64,000 nt of DNA, from assembly GCA_017883235.1 (NCBI GenBank), contig JADGNY010000007.1, forward strand, positions 17,546 through 81,545. The letters run 5' to 3'. Shown here one piece after another: positions 9,004 to 17,884 of this stretch. Position numbers and translations under genes: made by a program. Origin of the DNA: Thermoanaerobaculia bacterium. GTDB taxonomy: Bacteria > Acidobacteriota > Thermoanaerobaculia > Gp7-AA8. Within the stretch, counting starts at the first letter, position 1. The number at the start of each line of letters is the position of its first letter. Under the pieces are notes generated by a model. The model ran no database searches. It was not told where the DNA came from and was given only the letters and a program-made list of their open reading frames with translations.

Positions 9004-10089
9004 TCAATTCCGCCGCAGAACCAGCCTCAAATCCTGCCCGCCGAAGACCCGCGCGTTCAACGCCTCGACCAGCCCTCGCATCTCTTCGCTCGCCGCCACG
9101 AACCGATTCGCTTCCGGGAAGGGGTGAATGGCGCGAATGTCGTCGACCGCGAACCCATTCTCCCGCCCAAGCAGGACCAGTGCGGCGGGATGACGCGGCG
9201 CGAGGTGCGTCGGGTCGCGCCAGAACTCGGAGGCGCTGACGGCCAGCGATTCGGCATTCGGCGTTTCGATGATCAGCAGCCCACCAGGACGCAACACCCG
9301 CGCCCCCTCGGCGAAAAGCGCAAAAAGCGCTTCGACCGGCAAATGCTCGACGACGTGCATCGCCACGACGGTGCCGATCGATCCGTTTGTGATGCTCGCG
9401 AAACATCCCGGCACCCCGGCCACCGAAGCGTCGATGCCGCGGGCAACAAGATCGGCAACCGAGCGCTCGTTCGTATCGAAACCGCGCCCGGCGATGCCGG
9501 CATCGCCGCAGGCCAGCAGAAACTCGCCGCGGCCACAGCCGACGTCGATCACCGGCTGCTGCTCGCGAGCGAGCGCAACGTAATCGGCCACGTCGACAGG
9601 ACCGCGCAGCCCGTCCTCCAGCCGGCGATAGAGAAAGTCGCTGGTAAACCCGGACGAGGCCACGATCGGATTGGTCACATCGCGTACGCGGACTGCCACC
9701 GTTTCGATCTTCTGATCGAGCGCGGCGATCAGCGCATCGTTGCGCTTCGCCGCGATCGGGATCAGCTCGTGGATCGTCTTCAGCTCCGCGGCCAGCAACT
9801 CGTCGGCGGCGCGGACATCGCGCTGCACGTTCTCGATGTCACCCTTCAGATCGAGGCGCCCGTGCGCGATGTCGTTGCGCAGGCCGGTGAGGAGATCGAG
9901 CAGCACGACGTTGAAATTGCGCTGCCGCTCCTCCTCCGCCTCCACCGACCGGTTGACGAGGCGGCGAAAGAAACGAAAGAGAAAATCCAGGCGCGACGGC
10001 CGCGGCCGAAACCGGCGATCGTTGATCCAGACATCGCGCCACCCATCGGCCCCCGACGGCGGAGCATCGACGAAACGGTCGTCGCTCAT
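9004..10089 (-). CDS. Class I SAM-dependent methyltransferase with N-terminal coiled-coil region
   Basis: VIDVGCGRGEFLLA motif I, and the HVVEHLP...LRPGGLLIIETPN post-I/II motifs. Confidence 0.8.
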   Translation of the reverse strand: MSDDRFVDAPPSGADGWRDVWINDRRFRPRPSRLDFLFRFFRRLVNRSVEAEEERQRNFNVVLLDLLTGLRNDIAHGRLDLKGDIENVQRDVRAADELLAAELKTIHELIPIAAKRNDALIAALDQKIETVAVRVRDVTNPIVASSGFTSDFLYRRLEDGLRGPVDVADYVALAREQQPVIDVGCGRGEFLLACGDAGIAGRGFDTNERSVADLVARGIDASVAGVPGCFASITNGSIGTVVAMHVVEHLPVEALFALFAEGARVLRPGGLLIIETPNAESLAVSASEFWRDPTHLAPRHPAALVLLGRENGFAVDDIRAIHPFPEANRFVAASEEMRGLVEALNARVFGGQDLRLVLRRN

Positions 10090-10117
10090 GGTGCGGAGGA
10101 TAACAGCAGCGGAAAGA

Positions 10118-10155
10118 CGAGGGGCGCACAGACAGGAGTGTCCGTGCGCCCCTCG
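10118..10155 (-). terminator. GC-rich hairpin downstream of rplI
   Basis: CGAGGGGCGCACAGAC-loop-GTCCGTGCGCCCCTCG, 7 nt after the rplI stop. There is only a weak U-run, so intrinsic-terminator status is uncertain. Confidence 0.4.
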
Positions 10156-10161
10156 GAGAAC

Positions 10162-10677
10162 TTACGCTTCTGCTTCGGCGGCCGGAGCGGCCGCGGCCTT
10201 CGGAGCGGGCGCCTCTTCGACGATCGATTCCTTCCCCTCGGGGATGACTTCGACCTGAATGTGGGCGGCCACTTCGCGGTGCAGGCGCACTTCGACGTCG
10301 TGCGTGCCGACGCTCTTGATCGGATGCGCCAGCTCGATGCGGCGCTTGTCGACCTCGATGCCCTTGGCCGTCAACGCATCGGCGATGTCGTTGGTGGTTA
10401 CCGAGCCGAAGAGGTTGCCGTGATCGCCGACGCGCTTGTGGATGACGATCTTCATCCCCTTCACGCTGTCGGCTGCTTTCTGCGCCACGATCTTTTCCTT
10501 GTCGCCGAGCGCGGCCCACTTCTTGCTCTCCTGTTCGATCGACTTCAGGTTACCGGGCGTTGCTTCGCGCGCCAACTGCTTGGGCAGCAGGAAATTGCGC
10601 GCGTAGCCATCCTTGACCGTCACGATGTCGCCGCGGCTGCCAAGGCCGCGGATTTCGTCAATGAGAATGACTTTCAT
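10162..10677 (-). CDS. rplI: 50S ribosomal protein L9
   Basis: MKVILIDEIRGLGSRGDIVTVKDGYARNFLLP N-terminus. Confidence 0.95.
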   Translation of the reverse strand: MKVILIDEIRGLGSRGDIVTVKDGYARNFLLPKQLAREATPGNLKSIEQESKKWAALGDKEKIVAQKAADSVKGMKIVIHKRVGDHGNLFGSVTTNDIADALTAKGIEVDKRRIELAHPIKSVGTHDVEVRLHREVAAHIQVEVIPEGKESIVEEAPAPKAAAAPAAEAEA

Positions 10678-11689
10678 CAGAGTGATCCTTTCGATTGAAA
10701 TGTCGGAAATCGAAAAACGCGTCGAATAGCCCCACGATGGAGAGCGGCAGCAGCGAGATCCCGGTCAGCGTCAGCACGCCGAGAATCGTCCACACGAACA
10801 GCGATCCCATCACTCCCGCTCCCGTCGCCGCGACGAACGACCGAACGATCGCCAGCCCCTGCAGGAAGTAGAGAAATACGACCACGATCAGAACGTTCGC
10901 GCCGATCTGCTTGGCCATCCCGCTGGCCAGCGGCGTGAGACCGCCGATGACGAACGCGAAGAGCAGCCCTTCGGGGAGCGAGAGAAAACGAAAACGATAA
11001 GGGGTGGGCTCCACGGTACGCCGCAGGGCCACATCCCGCCACGCCCGGAGCCGTCCGAGCATGACCAGGCTGAAGACAAAGAAGATCGTGATGTAGATCA
11101 GCAGAATGCCCGGCAGACAGTAGGAGCCGATGTCCATCCAGGTTCGGACAAAACTGACGGCATCGGAAGGAAGGCCGGCCTTCTGATAGTTGGCCACCAT
11201 CTTCGTAGCCGTGTCGTGCACGTCCGCGATCTGCGCCGCGTACGGGGAAAACCCGGCCGCCATCCGCATCGTCAGTTCCGTGGCCACCAGGCCAACGACG
11301 CTGAACACGACCGCATAGAGCAGCACGCGGCCGAACTTCTCGCCGCGCTCCACCATCGCAAGGACGGCCAGAGCCGGCACGCCGATGGCCAGAAAAAATC
11401 CGAGCAGCGAGGCGAACGTCGCCGACCTCTCCACTGCGGTCGCGGCAGCCGCGGACGGATAAAGCAGCAGCCCCACCACAGCCGCGGAGAGCACGAGCAG
11501 CAGCCAGGCCGCGCGCCGTCCGTTGCGGATCCCGCAATGGAGCAGCGACGCCGGAAGGAAGACCACCAGAGGTGGAACGAACATCAGCGCGGTGACGATC
11601 GTGTAGCCGGCCATGCTGCGGACCAGCTTCCCGAACGACCGCGCCGGTATCGCCACCGGCTGGTCATGCTGCAGAGACGTCTCGGTCAT
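10658..11689 (-). CDS. DUF2232/YybS-like polytopic membrane protein
   Basis: 343 aa with many TM helices. Located between rpsR and rplI, as YybS is in Firmicutes (recollection). Confidence 0.6.
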   Translation of the reverse strand: MTETSLQHDQPVAIPARSFGKLVRSMAGYTIVTALMFVPPLVVFLPASLLHCGIRNGRRAAWLLLVLSAAVVGLLLYPSAAAATAVERSATFASLLGFFLAIGVPALAVLAMVERGEKFGRVLLYAVVFSVVGLVATELTMRMAAGFSPYAAQIADVHDTATKMVANYQKAGLPSDAVSFVRTWMDIGSYCLPGILLIYITIFFVFSLVMLGRLRAWRDVALRRTVEPTPYRFRFLSLPEGLLFAFVIGGLTPLASGMAKQIGANVLIVVVFLYFLQGLAIVRSFVAATGAGVMGSLFVWTILGVLTLTGISLLPLSIVGLFDAFFDFRHFNRKDHSDESHSH

Positions 11690-11702
11690 CTACGTATCGG
11701 TA

Positions 11703-12023
11703 TCAGTCGGTCGCGAACGGAAGCATGGCCGCGATGCGGGCCCGCTTGATCGCGTTCTGGAGCTTGCGCTGATGCAGCGCGCACGTTCCGGAGATACGGC
11801 GCGGAAGGATCTTCCCCCGCTCCGGGATGAATTGCTGCAGCGTCTTGATGTCTTTGTAGTCGATGTACTCGAGCTTCTCGACGCAGAACTTGCAGACGCG
11901 CTTGCGGCGAAAGAAGAACTTCTTCTTGCCGCCCTGCGCTCCGCCAGGTCCGCTGGAGCCGCCGCGGCCACCGGAATCGCGGCCACCGCCGCCACCACCA
12001 GGTCGTCTCATTTCAGTTGCCAT
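11703..12023 (-). CDS. rpsR: 30S ribosomal protein S18
   Basis: CKFC...IDYKD...[27 protein letters not shown] signature. Confidence 0.95.
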   Translation of the reverse strand: MATEMRRPGGGGGGRDSGGRGGSSGPGGAQGGKKKFFFRRKRVCKFCVEKLEYIDYKDIKTLQQFIPERGKILPRRISGTCALHQRKLQNAIKRARIAAMLPFATD

Positions 12024-12038
12024 GTTGGTCTCCTCTCC

Positions 12039-12470
12039 TTATTCAACCGGCGCCGTTTCGTCGGACGCGGGCGCTTCCATGGCCTCGGCAGGAGCCGCGG
12101 CCGAAGGGCTGGCCGCGAACGACGGGGCCGGCCGGAGGCGTTCCTTCTTCGGATTGCGCTTGGCGAGCTTCTCGGCGCGCTTGTGGTCGAGATCCGTGCG
12201 CACGATCATGTGCCGCAGGATCCGGTCCGAGTTCTTCATCCGGCGGTCGAGCTCATTGAGCCCGGCCTCGGTCTCGAACACCAGGAGCTGGTAGTTGCCT
12301 TCGTTGAACTTCTGGATGGGATACGCGAGACGGCGGCGCCCCCACGATTCTTCATGCGTGAGCTTCGCGCCTGTCCCCTCGGCGATACGCTTGAACTCTG
12401 TTGCAAGCGTCGTCGCCTCTTCCTCCGGTACTTGCGGAGAAAGGATGAACAGGACTTCATAAGTCCTCAT
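12039..12470 (-). CDS. rpsF: 30S ribosomal protein S6
   Basis: Start at MRTYEVLFIL (CAT at 12468-12470) preceded by AGGAGGA. The track ORF extends upstream into a repeat and was trimmed. Confidence 0.9.
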   Translation of the reverse strand: MRTYEVLFILSPQVPEEEATTLATEFKRIAEGTGAKLTHEESWGRRRLAYPIQKFNEGNYQLLVFETEAGLNELDRRMKNSDRILRHMIVRTDLDHKRAEKLAKRNPKKERLRPAPSFAASPSAAAPAEAMEAPASDETAPVE

Positions 12471-12628
12471 AAATCCTCCTTCTGGCCTAGCGGAGCCTCG
12501 CCTTCTGCGATGGCTCAAGGAGCTGCCCAGATTGTCAAAAGAATGTCCGGCCGCGGATGGACCGGGCCGGCAAGGATACGCAAAGGGGTGGGTGGGAGCA
12601 ATTATTTCAGGAGCGCGCGGAGCGCGTC

Positions 12629-12782
12629 TCACCGGAGCGCTGGCGTCTCGCCGGCTGGCCCGGAGGCGTCTCGCCTCCGGTCCGCCGACGCGGCCGGTTA
12701 CCAAATACGATCCTCGGCTACCGTTCCCTACCTGGGGCGAGACGCCCCCGGGCCAGCCGGCGAGACGCCAGCGCTCCGGTGA
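12629..12782. repeat. 47-bp inverted repeat (1 mismatch) with 60-bp spacer
   Basis: Left arm 12629-12675 is TCACCGGAGCGCTGGCGTCTCGCCGGCTGGCCCGGAGGCGTCTCGCC. Right arm 12736-12782 is its complement. It shares the GGCGTCTCG core with the 19951-20036 hairpin. Confidence 0.8.
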
Positions 12783-12824
12783 CCCCCAGAATCCGCTACC
12801 CTCTGCAAAACCAGGAGGAGCCCC

Positions 12825-13247
12825 ATGCAAGCAGTCATCGTCCGTTCCGGCAAATCGCTGCGCAACGACATCGAGGCGGGTCCGCATCGGATGATTGCGG
12901 ACGAACCGGCAGGCGCGGGAGGCACCGAGGCCGGGCCGACGCCGTACGACTTCCTCGCCGCCGCCCTCGGCACATGCACCTCGATGACGCTACGCGTCGT
13001 GGCCGCGAAGGAGAACATCCCGCTCGAAGGGGTCGAGATCACCGTCGAGAACGACCGGATGCACGCCAAAGACTGCGCCGACTGCCTCACCACATCCGGC
13101 TACATCCACCGCTTCACCGTCGCCATCAAGCTTATCGGGACCTTGACGCCCGCGCAGAGGGATCGGATGCTCGACGTAGCAAGCCGCTGCCCCGTTCACA
13201 AGACGCTCACCTCGGAGATCCGGATCGACGAGCGTCTGGTCGACTGA
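12825..13247 (+). CDS. OsmC/Ohr-family protein
   Basis: 140 aa with GPTPYDFLAAALGTCTSMT and ASRCPVHKTL motifs. Confidence 0.85.
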   Translation: MQAVIVRSGKSLRNDIEAGPHRMIADEPAGAGGTEAGPTPYDFLAAALGTCTSMTLRVVAAKENIPLEGVEITVENDRMHAKDCADCLTTSGYIHRFTVAIKLIGTLTPAQRDRMLDVASRCPVHKTLTSEIRIDERLVD

Positions 13248-13292
13248 GTGGCACAATTCTTCTACTAGAAGAGGCAGATTCGGGTTATTTGC

Positions 13293-13757
13293 ATGGCACA
13301 GAGCCAAGAAGAAGAGCTCCAGAGGGTGCTGGTCGCCGATGACGATCAGTCGATCCGGCAGCTCGTCTCGACGATCGTGAGGCGCGAGCGCTTCGCCGTC
13401 GACCTCGCCGCCGACGGTGCGGAAGCGATCGAGTGCCTCAAAAAGCACCAGTACGCCGTCATCCTTCTCGATCTGATGATGCCGCGAATGGATGGGTTCG
13501 GCGTCATCGAGTGGATGAAACAGAATCCGCCGCCGATCAAGCCGGTCGTCGTCGTGATCACCGCCTACGCCGACCAGCGATTCAAGGAGGTCGACGCTGA
13601 GGTCGTCTCCGGCGTCCTCCACAAGCCCTTCGAAGTGGCCGAGCTCCGCAACCTCGTCCGCGCCTGCGTGGTCGGATTCACCGACGAGCTGCGGCAACAG
13701 CTCTTCGTCTCGAATGACCGGGCCATTCGCAATTTCGGCCGCGGAGAGGATATGTAG
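13293..13757 (+). CDS. Stand-alone response-regulator receiver protein
   Basis: VLVADDD...ILLDLMMPRMDG...KP receiver motifs. No output domain. Confidence 0.85.
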   Translation: MAQSQEEELQRVLVADDDQSIRQLVSTIVRRERFAVDLAADGAEAIECLKKHQYAVILLDLMMPRMDGFGVIEWMKQNPPPIKPVVVVITAYADQRFKEVDAEVVSGVLHKPFEVAELRNLVRACVVGFTDELRQQLFVSNDRAIRNFGRGEDM

Positions 13758-13780
13758 GGACGTTGGTTGCGCGGTCTCGC

Positions 13781-15616
13781 CTACGAGCCCCAGTTCTCCA
13801 ACCAGTACTGCAAAATCACCAGCGCCCAGAGCGGCTTGGCGTTGTTCGCCTGGCCGCTTCGATGTGCCGACAGCAGCTCACCGACGTGGCGCTCGTCGAG
13901 AAGCCCCTGCGCGCGCAGCCGCTCCGGCGCGAGGAGACGATCGACTTCGGCGCGCAATCCTTCGTTGATCCAATTGGCGATGGGGACGCTCAGTCCCCGC
14001 TTGCGGCGATAGATCACGCTCTTCGGCAGCCAGCGTTCCGACGCTTTCTTCAGAACCCACTTCGTCTCGAAACGGCGGATGCGCAGGTCGAGCGGCAGCG
14101 ACAGCGCGAAACGGGTCACATCGCGGTCGAGGAACGGCGCCCGCGCCTCGACCGACGAGAGCATCGTGGCCCGGTCGACTTTCACAAGCAGGTTGTCGCG
14201 GAGATAGCTCCGGTAATCGAGCAGCATCGCCCCGGTCAGCGGATCGCCGTTCGAGGCGCCGGGCAGATCGGGCATGTCGTTTCCGAGCTTGTAGACCGCC
14301 GGCGACAGCCCGGTCCCGAACCACGCCAGATGCCGCTCGATCCACGGCTTCTCGGCGTCGGAGACGAATCGTTTCAGCAGAAACTCGAGCGTCACCTTCT
14401 TCGTCGATGACGGCACGCGCTGCACGGCCCGCCGCAACGCCGCGCGCACGAACGATGGCAAGGCGTCGTACATCGGCGCGACCTTGTGACCGATGTAGGT
14501 CGGATAGCCGCCGAACAACTCGTCCGCCCCCTCGCCGCTGAGGATGACCTTGACGCGCTGCCGCGCCGCCCGCGCCAGGAGAAAGGTCGGCAGAATGGCC
14601 GGATCGGCCAGCGGCTCGGCCACCCCTCGCACGACGCACTGCAGCGCCTCCAGCAAGGTTTCGGCATCCGTCCGCACCGGCACATACCGTGTCCTGATCC
14701 GCTTCGCCAGCTCCTCGGCGACGGGACTCTCGTCATACGACTGCTCGGCGAACGCGGCGGAGTAGGTGTGAACCTTGTCGACGCCGATGAACTTCGCCGC
14801 CAGCGTGGCCAGGATCGAGGAATCGAGTCCGCCGCTGGTGAAGACGCCGACCGGCACATCGGCCATGACCTGCTTTTCGACCGCGCGCTCGACGAGGCGT
14901 TGCGTTTCGGCGACGGCATCGCGCGCGTCAATGCGCTCGATGCGGAAAGAGCCGGCATCCCAATAGCGGACGGTCTCCTCGGAGCCATTACGGAAACGGA
15001 TGAACGTCCCCGCCTCCACGCGGCGGACGTCGCGGAACGGCGTGCGCGGCTCGGGGATGTACCCGAGGCGAAGGTACTCGCCGATGGCGATGGGATCGAG
15101 CTCGCGGCCGATGTCGGGATGCCGCAGAAGGCATTGCAGCTCCGAGGCGAAGATCACCTCTCCCCGAGGCTTCGCGTAAAACAGAGGCTTCTCGCCGGCC
15201 CGGTCGCGGGCCAGGATCAGTTGCTGCGTCCGCGCATCCCAGATGGCCAGACCGAACATCCCATCGAGCTCGGGGATGGCGGCCACGCCGCGCTCCAGGT
15301 ACAGAGGCAGGATCGTTTCGACGTCCGACTTCGAGCGATACGGATAGTCCGGATAGCGGGCCCGGATCTCCGTGGCGTTGTAGATCTCGCCGTTGCACTC
15401 CAGCCACACCTCTGATCCCGGCGCCGCGAACGGCTGGTCGGCGCGCTCATGAAGATCGATGATGCGCAGCCGCTCGGTCCCGATCACCGCCTCGGGACTC
15501 GTGAATTCCGCGTGCCCGTCCGGTCCGCGGTGCCGCAACGCCTCGCCCATGAATCCGAGGACCTCCGGATACCGCAGCGCCGCCCCCTCCGCGACCATTC
15601 CATAGATGCCACACAT
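13781..15616 (-). CDS. asnB: Asparagine synthetase (glutamine-hydrolysing)
   Basis: MCGIYG N-terminal nucleophile and SGGLDSS PP-loop. 611 aa. Confidence 0.9.
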   Translation of the reverse strand: MCGIYGMVAEGAALRYPEVLGFMGEALRHRGPDGHAEFTSPEAVIGTERLRIIDLHERADQPFAAPGSEVWLECNGEIYNATEIRARYPDYPYRSKSDVETILPLYLERGVAAIPELDGMFGLAIWDARTQQLILARDRAGEKPLFYAKPRGEVIFASELQCLLRHPDIGRELDPIAIGEYLRLGYIPEPRTPFRDVRRVEAGTFIRFRNGSEETVRYWDAGSFRIERIDARDAVAETQRLVERAVEKQVMADVPVGVFTSGGLDSSILATLAAKFIGVDKVHTYSAAFAEQSYDESPVAEELAKRIRTRYVPVRTDAETLLEALQCVVRGVAEPLADPAILPTFLLARAARQRVKVILSGEGADELFGGYPTYIGHKVAPMYDALPSFVRAALRRAVQRVPSSTKKVTLEFLLKRFVSDAEKPWIERHLAWFGTGLSPAVYKLGNDMPDLPGASNGDPLTGAMLLDYRSYLRDNLLVKVDRATMLSSVEARAPFLDRDVTRFALSLPLDLRIRRFETKWVLKKASERWLPKSVIYRRKRGLSVPIANWINEGLRAEVDRLLAPERLRAQGLLDERHVGELLSAHRSGQANNAKPLWALVILQYWLENWGS

Positions 15617-15698
15617 CGAGGCGACTATAACCGGAAAGATTCAAGGGGCATTCGAGGGAGAGCGCAGATGGAGTGTCAGGGAGGACCAATCGAAACAC

Positions 15699-15888
15699 TG
15701 TCATCCTGAGCCGCCGGAGCCGCGTAATCGCGAAAGCGATTGCGCGGCGCAGGACGGTCGAAGGACCCCCAAGTTGTATCCCGGTTGGGCGGCGGAATAA
15801 TCGACATCCACCGCCCCGTCCGGGTTTCAGGCTGGGGGTCCTTCGGCGCGCTCTGCCCCTCCGGGGCTGCCGCCGCCTCAGGATGACA
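15699..15888. repeat. MITE-like element, family 1, copy B
   Basis: Same termini and core as copy A. Has an internal CCGCGTAATCGC-GAAA-GCGATTGCGCGG hairpin. Confidence 0.8.
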
Positions 15889-15924
15889 GTGCTTTTGTTG
15901 TACGGCTGCCCTGTCTGTGCTTTG

Positions 15925-16578
15925 TCACACCACCCCTCGGTACAAATAGGCGATGCCGAAGGTCAGCGGGCGAACATCGATCGACGTGAACCGCGCCGCT
16001 CCCCGCATCATCGCCACGAACTCCTCACCGCAGGGAAACCGCGCTGCCGACGATTCGAGATACTCGTACGCGCCGCGCTCGCCGGTGACGGCACCGCCGA
16101 GGCGCGGGAGAAAATGGCGGCGGTAGGAGTCGTAGAGGGCGGAAGCGAGGTGGCCGGACGGCTGGCCGAATTCCAGCACGATCACCCGTCCGCCGGGGCG
16201 GACCACGCGCGTCATCTCCGCGATCGCTTTGAAAGGATCGCCGACGTTGCGGATGCCGAATGAGATGCTGGCGATGTCGAAAACAGCGTCGCCGAACGGC
16301 AATGCGGTAACGTCGGCAACGTCGAAGGTGATCTCGCGCGACTTCTGCCGCGCCAGCGCGATCATCTCCGGCGTGAAATCGGTCCCGACCACACGCCCGC
16401 TGCCGACGGCCTTCTTGAATGCGATCGCCAGATCGCCCGTACCGGTCGCACAGTCGAGAACCGCATCGCCCTCCTTCGCGCCGGCCCATCGCACCGCCCT
16501 GCGCCGCCAGAGGTGATGAACGCCCGCGGACATGACGGTGTTGGCGCGGTCGTAGCGTCCGGCGATGGAGCCGAACAT
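15925..16578 (-). CDS. ubiE: Demethylmenaquinone/ubiquinone C-methyltransferase
   Basis: MFGSIAGRYDRAN..., VLDCATGTGDLA (motif I), and PGGRVIVLEF. The conservative start is 16578. The track ORF extends upstream through a family 3 repeat. Confidence 0.85.
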   Translation of the reverse strand: MFGSIAGRYDRANTVMSAGVHHLWRRRAVRWAGAKEGDAVLDCATGTGDLAIAFKKAVGSGRVVGTDFTPEMIALARQKSREITFDVADVTALPFGDAVFDIASISFGIRNVGDPFKAIAEMTRVVRPGGRVIVLEFGQPSGHLASALYDSYRRHFLPRLGGAVTGERGAYEYLESSAARFPCGEEFVAMMRGAARFTSIDVRPLTFGIAYLYRGVV

Positions 16579-16609
16579 GGATTGGATGCGGGTGGGGTCG
16601 GGTCCTGTG

Positions 16610-16827
16610 TACTGCGCGGCTGGCGCGCTGGCGCGCGCCGGCCGCGCGTTGTCTGCGCTCCGCGCGTTGTCTGCGCGTTGCGCGTTGTCGGTTGGTTCTC
16701 GGTCGTCAGTCATTCGCTCTCGAACGTTACCACCCGGCAACGAGGCCACACCAACGCGCGGAGCGCAGACAACGCGCAAGGCGCAGACAACGCGGCGAAG
16801 CCGCAGACAACGCGCGAAGCGCAGTTA
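16610..16827. repeat. Family 3 symmetric element, copy 1
   Basis: TACTGCGCGGCTGG... with 3x GCGTTGTC(T/G)G on the left arm and 3x CGCAGACAACGC on the right arm, ending ...GCGCAGTTA. It fills the divergent ubiE/menF intergenic region. Confidence 0.8.
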
Positions 16828-16837
16828 CAATCCAGCC

Positions 16838-17884
16838 ATGTCTCACGACTTCGCCTTCATCCAGACCGCGCCCGGGCGGGTCTTCGTCGGATGGGGGCCG
16901 TTCGAGCAACTACCGTTCAGGCGGCCGGAGCGGCCGGCATTCTTCATCGCCGACTTTTTTCTCGATGATCCGCATCCGTGGCGGCATCCGGCGGCGTGGG
17001 AGGAGATGGCGTTCGAGGAGCTGGCCTCGCGCTTCGACGATTACGGCGCGCCGCGCGTGGCGTGGGACCCTCCGTCGCTCCCCGACTTCACGGCGCTCTT
17101 CGATTCCGCGCACGCGGCCATGATCCGCGGCGAGTTTCAGAAAATCGTTCCGGTGATCTTCGAAACGGGCCGCTTCGTCGAGCGCGGCGAATGGTGGCGC
17201 TGGTTCTTCACGCGATTGAGCCAGTTGCCGCCCGGCATGCGCGCCTACGGCTATTCGTACCAGAACCACGGGATAATCGGAGCGACCCCCGAGCTGCTGT
17301 TCGAAGCCTACGCGCGCGGCTACCGGACCATGGCTTTGGCGGGGACGCGTCCCGTCGCCCGCGCGGAAGAGCTGACGCGCAATCCGAAAGAGCTCCGCGA
17401 ACATCGCTTCGTCGTCGACGACATCGTGCGCCGTCTGGCGCCGTTCGGGAACATCGAGATCGGTCCGCTCGGAACGTTGCGCCTGCCCAAGATCGCGCAC
17501 CTCATCACGCCGATCTTCTTCAGCGAGAGCGGCGGCTCGGAGCGGATGTCGTTCTCCGAGATGGTTCGCCGCCTCCACCCCACCGCCGCCCTCGGCGTCT
17601 CCCCGCGCAGCGAGGCCGGCGAGCGCTGGCTGCGCGAGGCCGACCGCGGCGTAAAGCGCCGCACCTTCGGCGCGCCGTTCGGACTGGAGCGCGAAGACCG
17701 CTCCGCGCTGGCCCTGGTGGCCATCCGCAATCTGGAGTGGAGCGGCGAGCGCGTACGCGTCGGTTCCGGCGCCGGGATGCTGATGGAAAGCCGCGTGGAG
17801 CTCGAGTGGAAAGAGCTGCGCGAGAAACGCGGGCAGGTGAAGGCGCTATTCGGCGTAGACGCACACGTCGAAGCATTCGCATGA
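16838..17884 (+). CDS. menF: Isochorismate synthase
   Basis: Start at MSHDFAFIQ (16838). Has IIGATPELLF, ALAGTRP and LHPTAALGV motifs. The track ORF's N-terminal extension lies in the repeat. Confidence 0.85.
   Translation: MSHDFAFIQTAPGRVFVGWGPFEQLPFRRPERPAFFIADFFLDDPHPWRHPAAWEEMAFEELASRFDDYGAPRVAWDPPSLPDFTALFDSAHAAMIRGEFQKIVPVIFETGRFVERGEWWRWFFTRLSQLPPGMRAYGYSYQNHGIIGATPELLFEAYARGYRTMALAGTRPVARAEELTRNPKELREHRFVVDDIVRRLAPFGNIEIGPLGTLRLPKIAHLITPIFFSESGGSERMSFSEMVRRLHPTAALGVSPRSEAGERWLREADRGVKRRTFGAPFGLEREDRSALALVAIRNLEWSGERVRVGSGAGMLMESRVELEWKELREKRGQVKALFGVDAHVEAFA

Noticed and set aside
12510-12538. An rpsF promoter (TTGACA-17-AGCCAT on the minus strand) and an S6:S18-binding leader.
   Set aside because: The -35 box is perfect but the -10 is poor. 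I cannot verify the leader structure by eye, so I did not report it as a feature.
13781-15616. The first asparagine synthetase homologue as part of a RiPP or lasso system.
   Set aside because: It keeps the MCG N-terminal nucleophile typical of true glutamine-dependent AsnB. It has no B-type protease or small ORF nearby and lies in core-like context.
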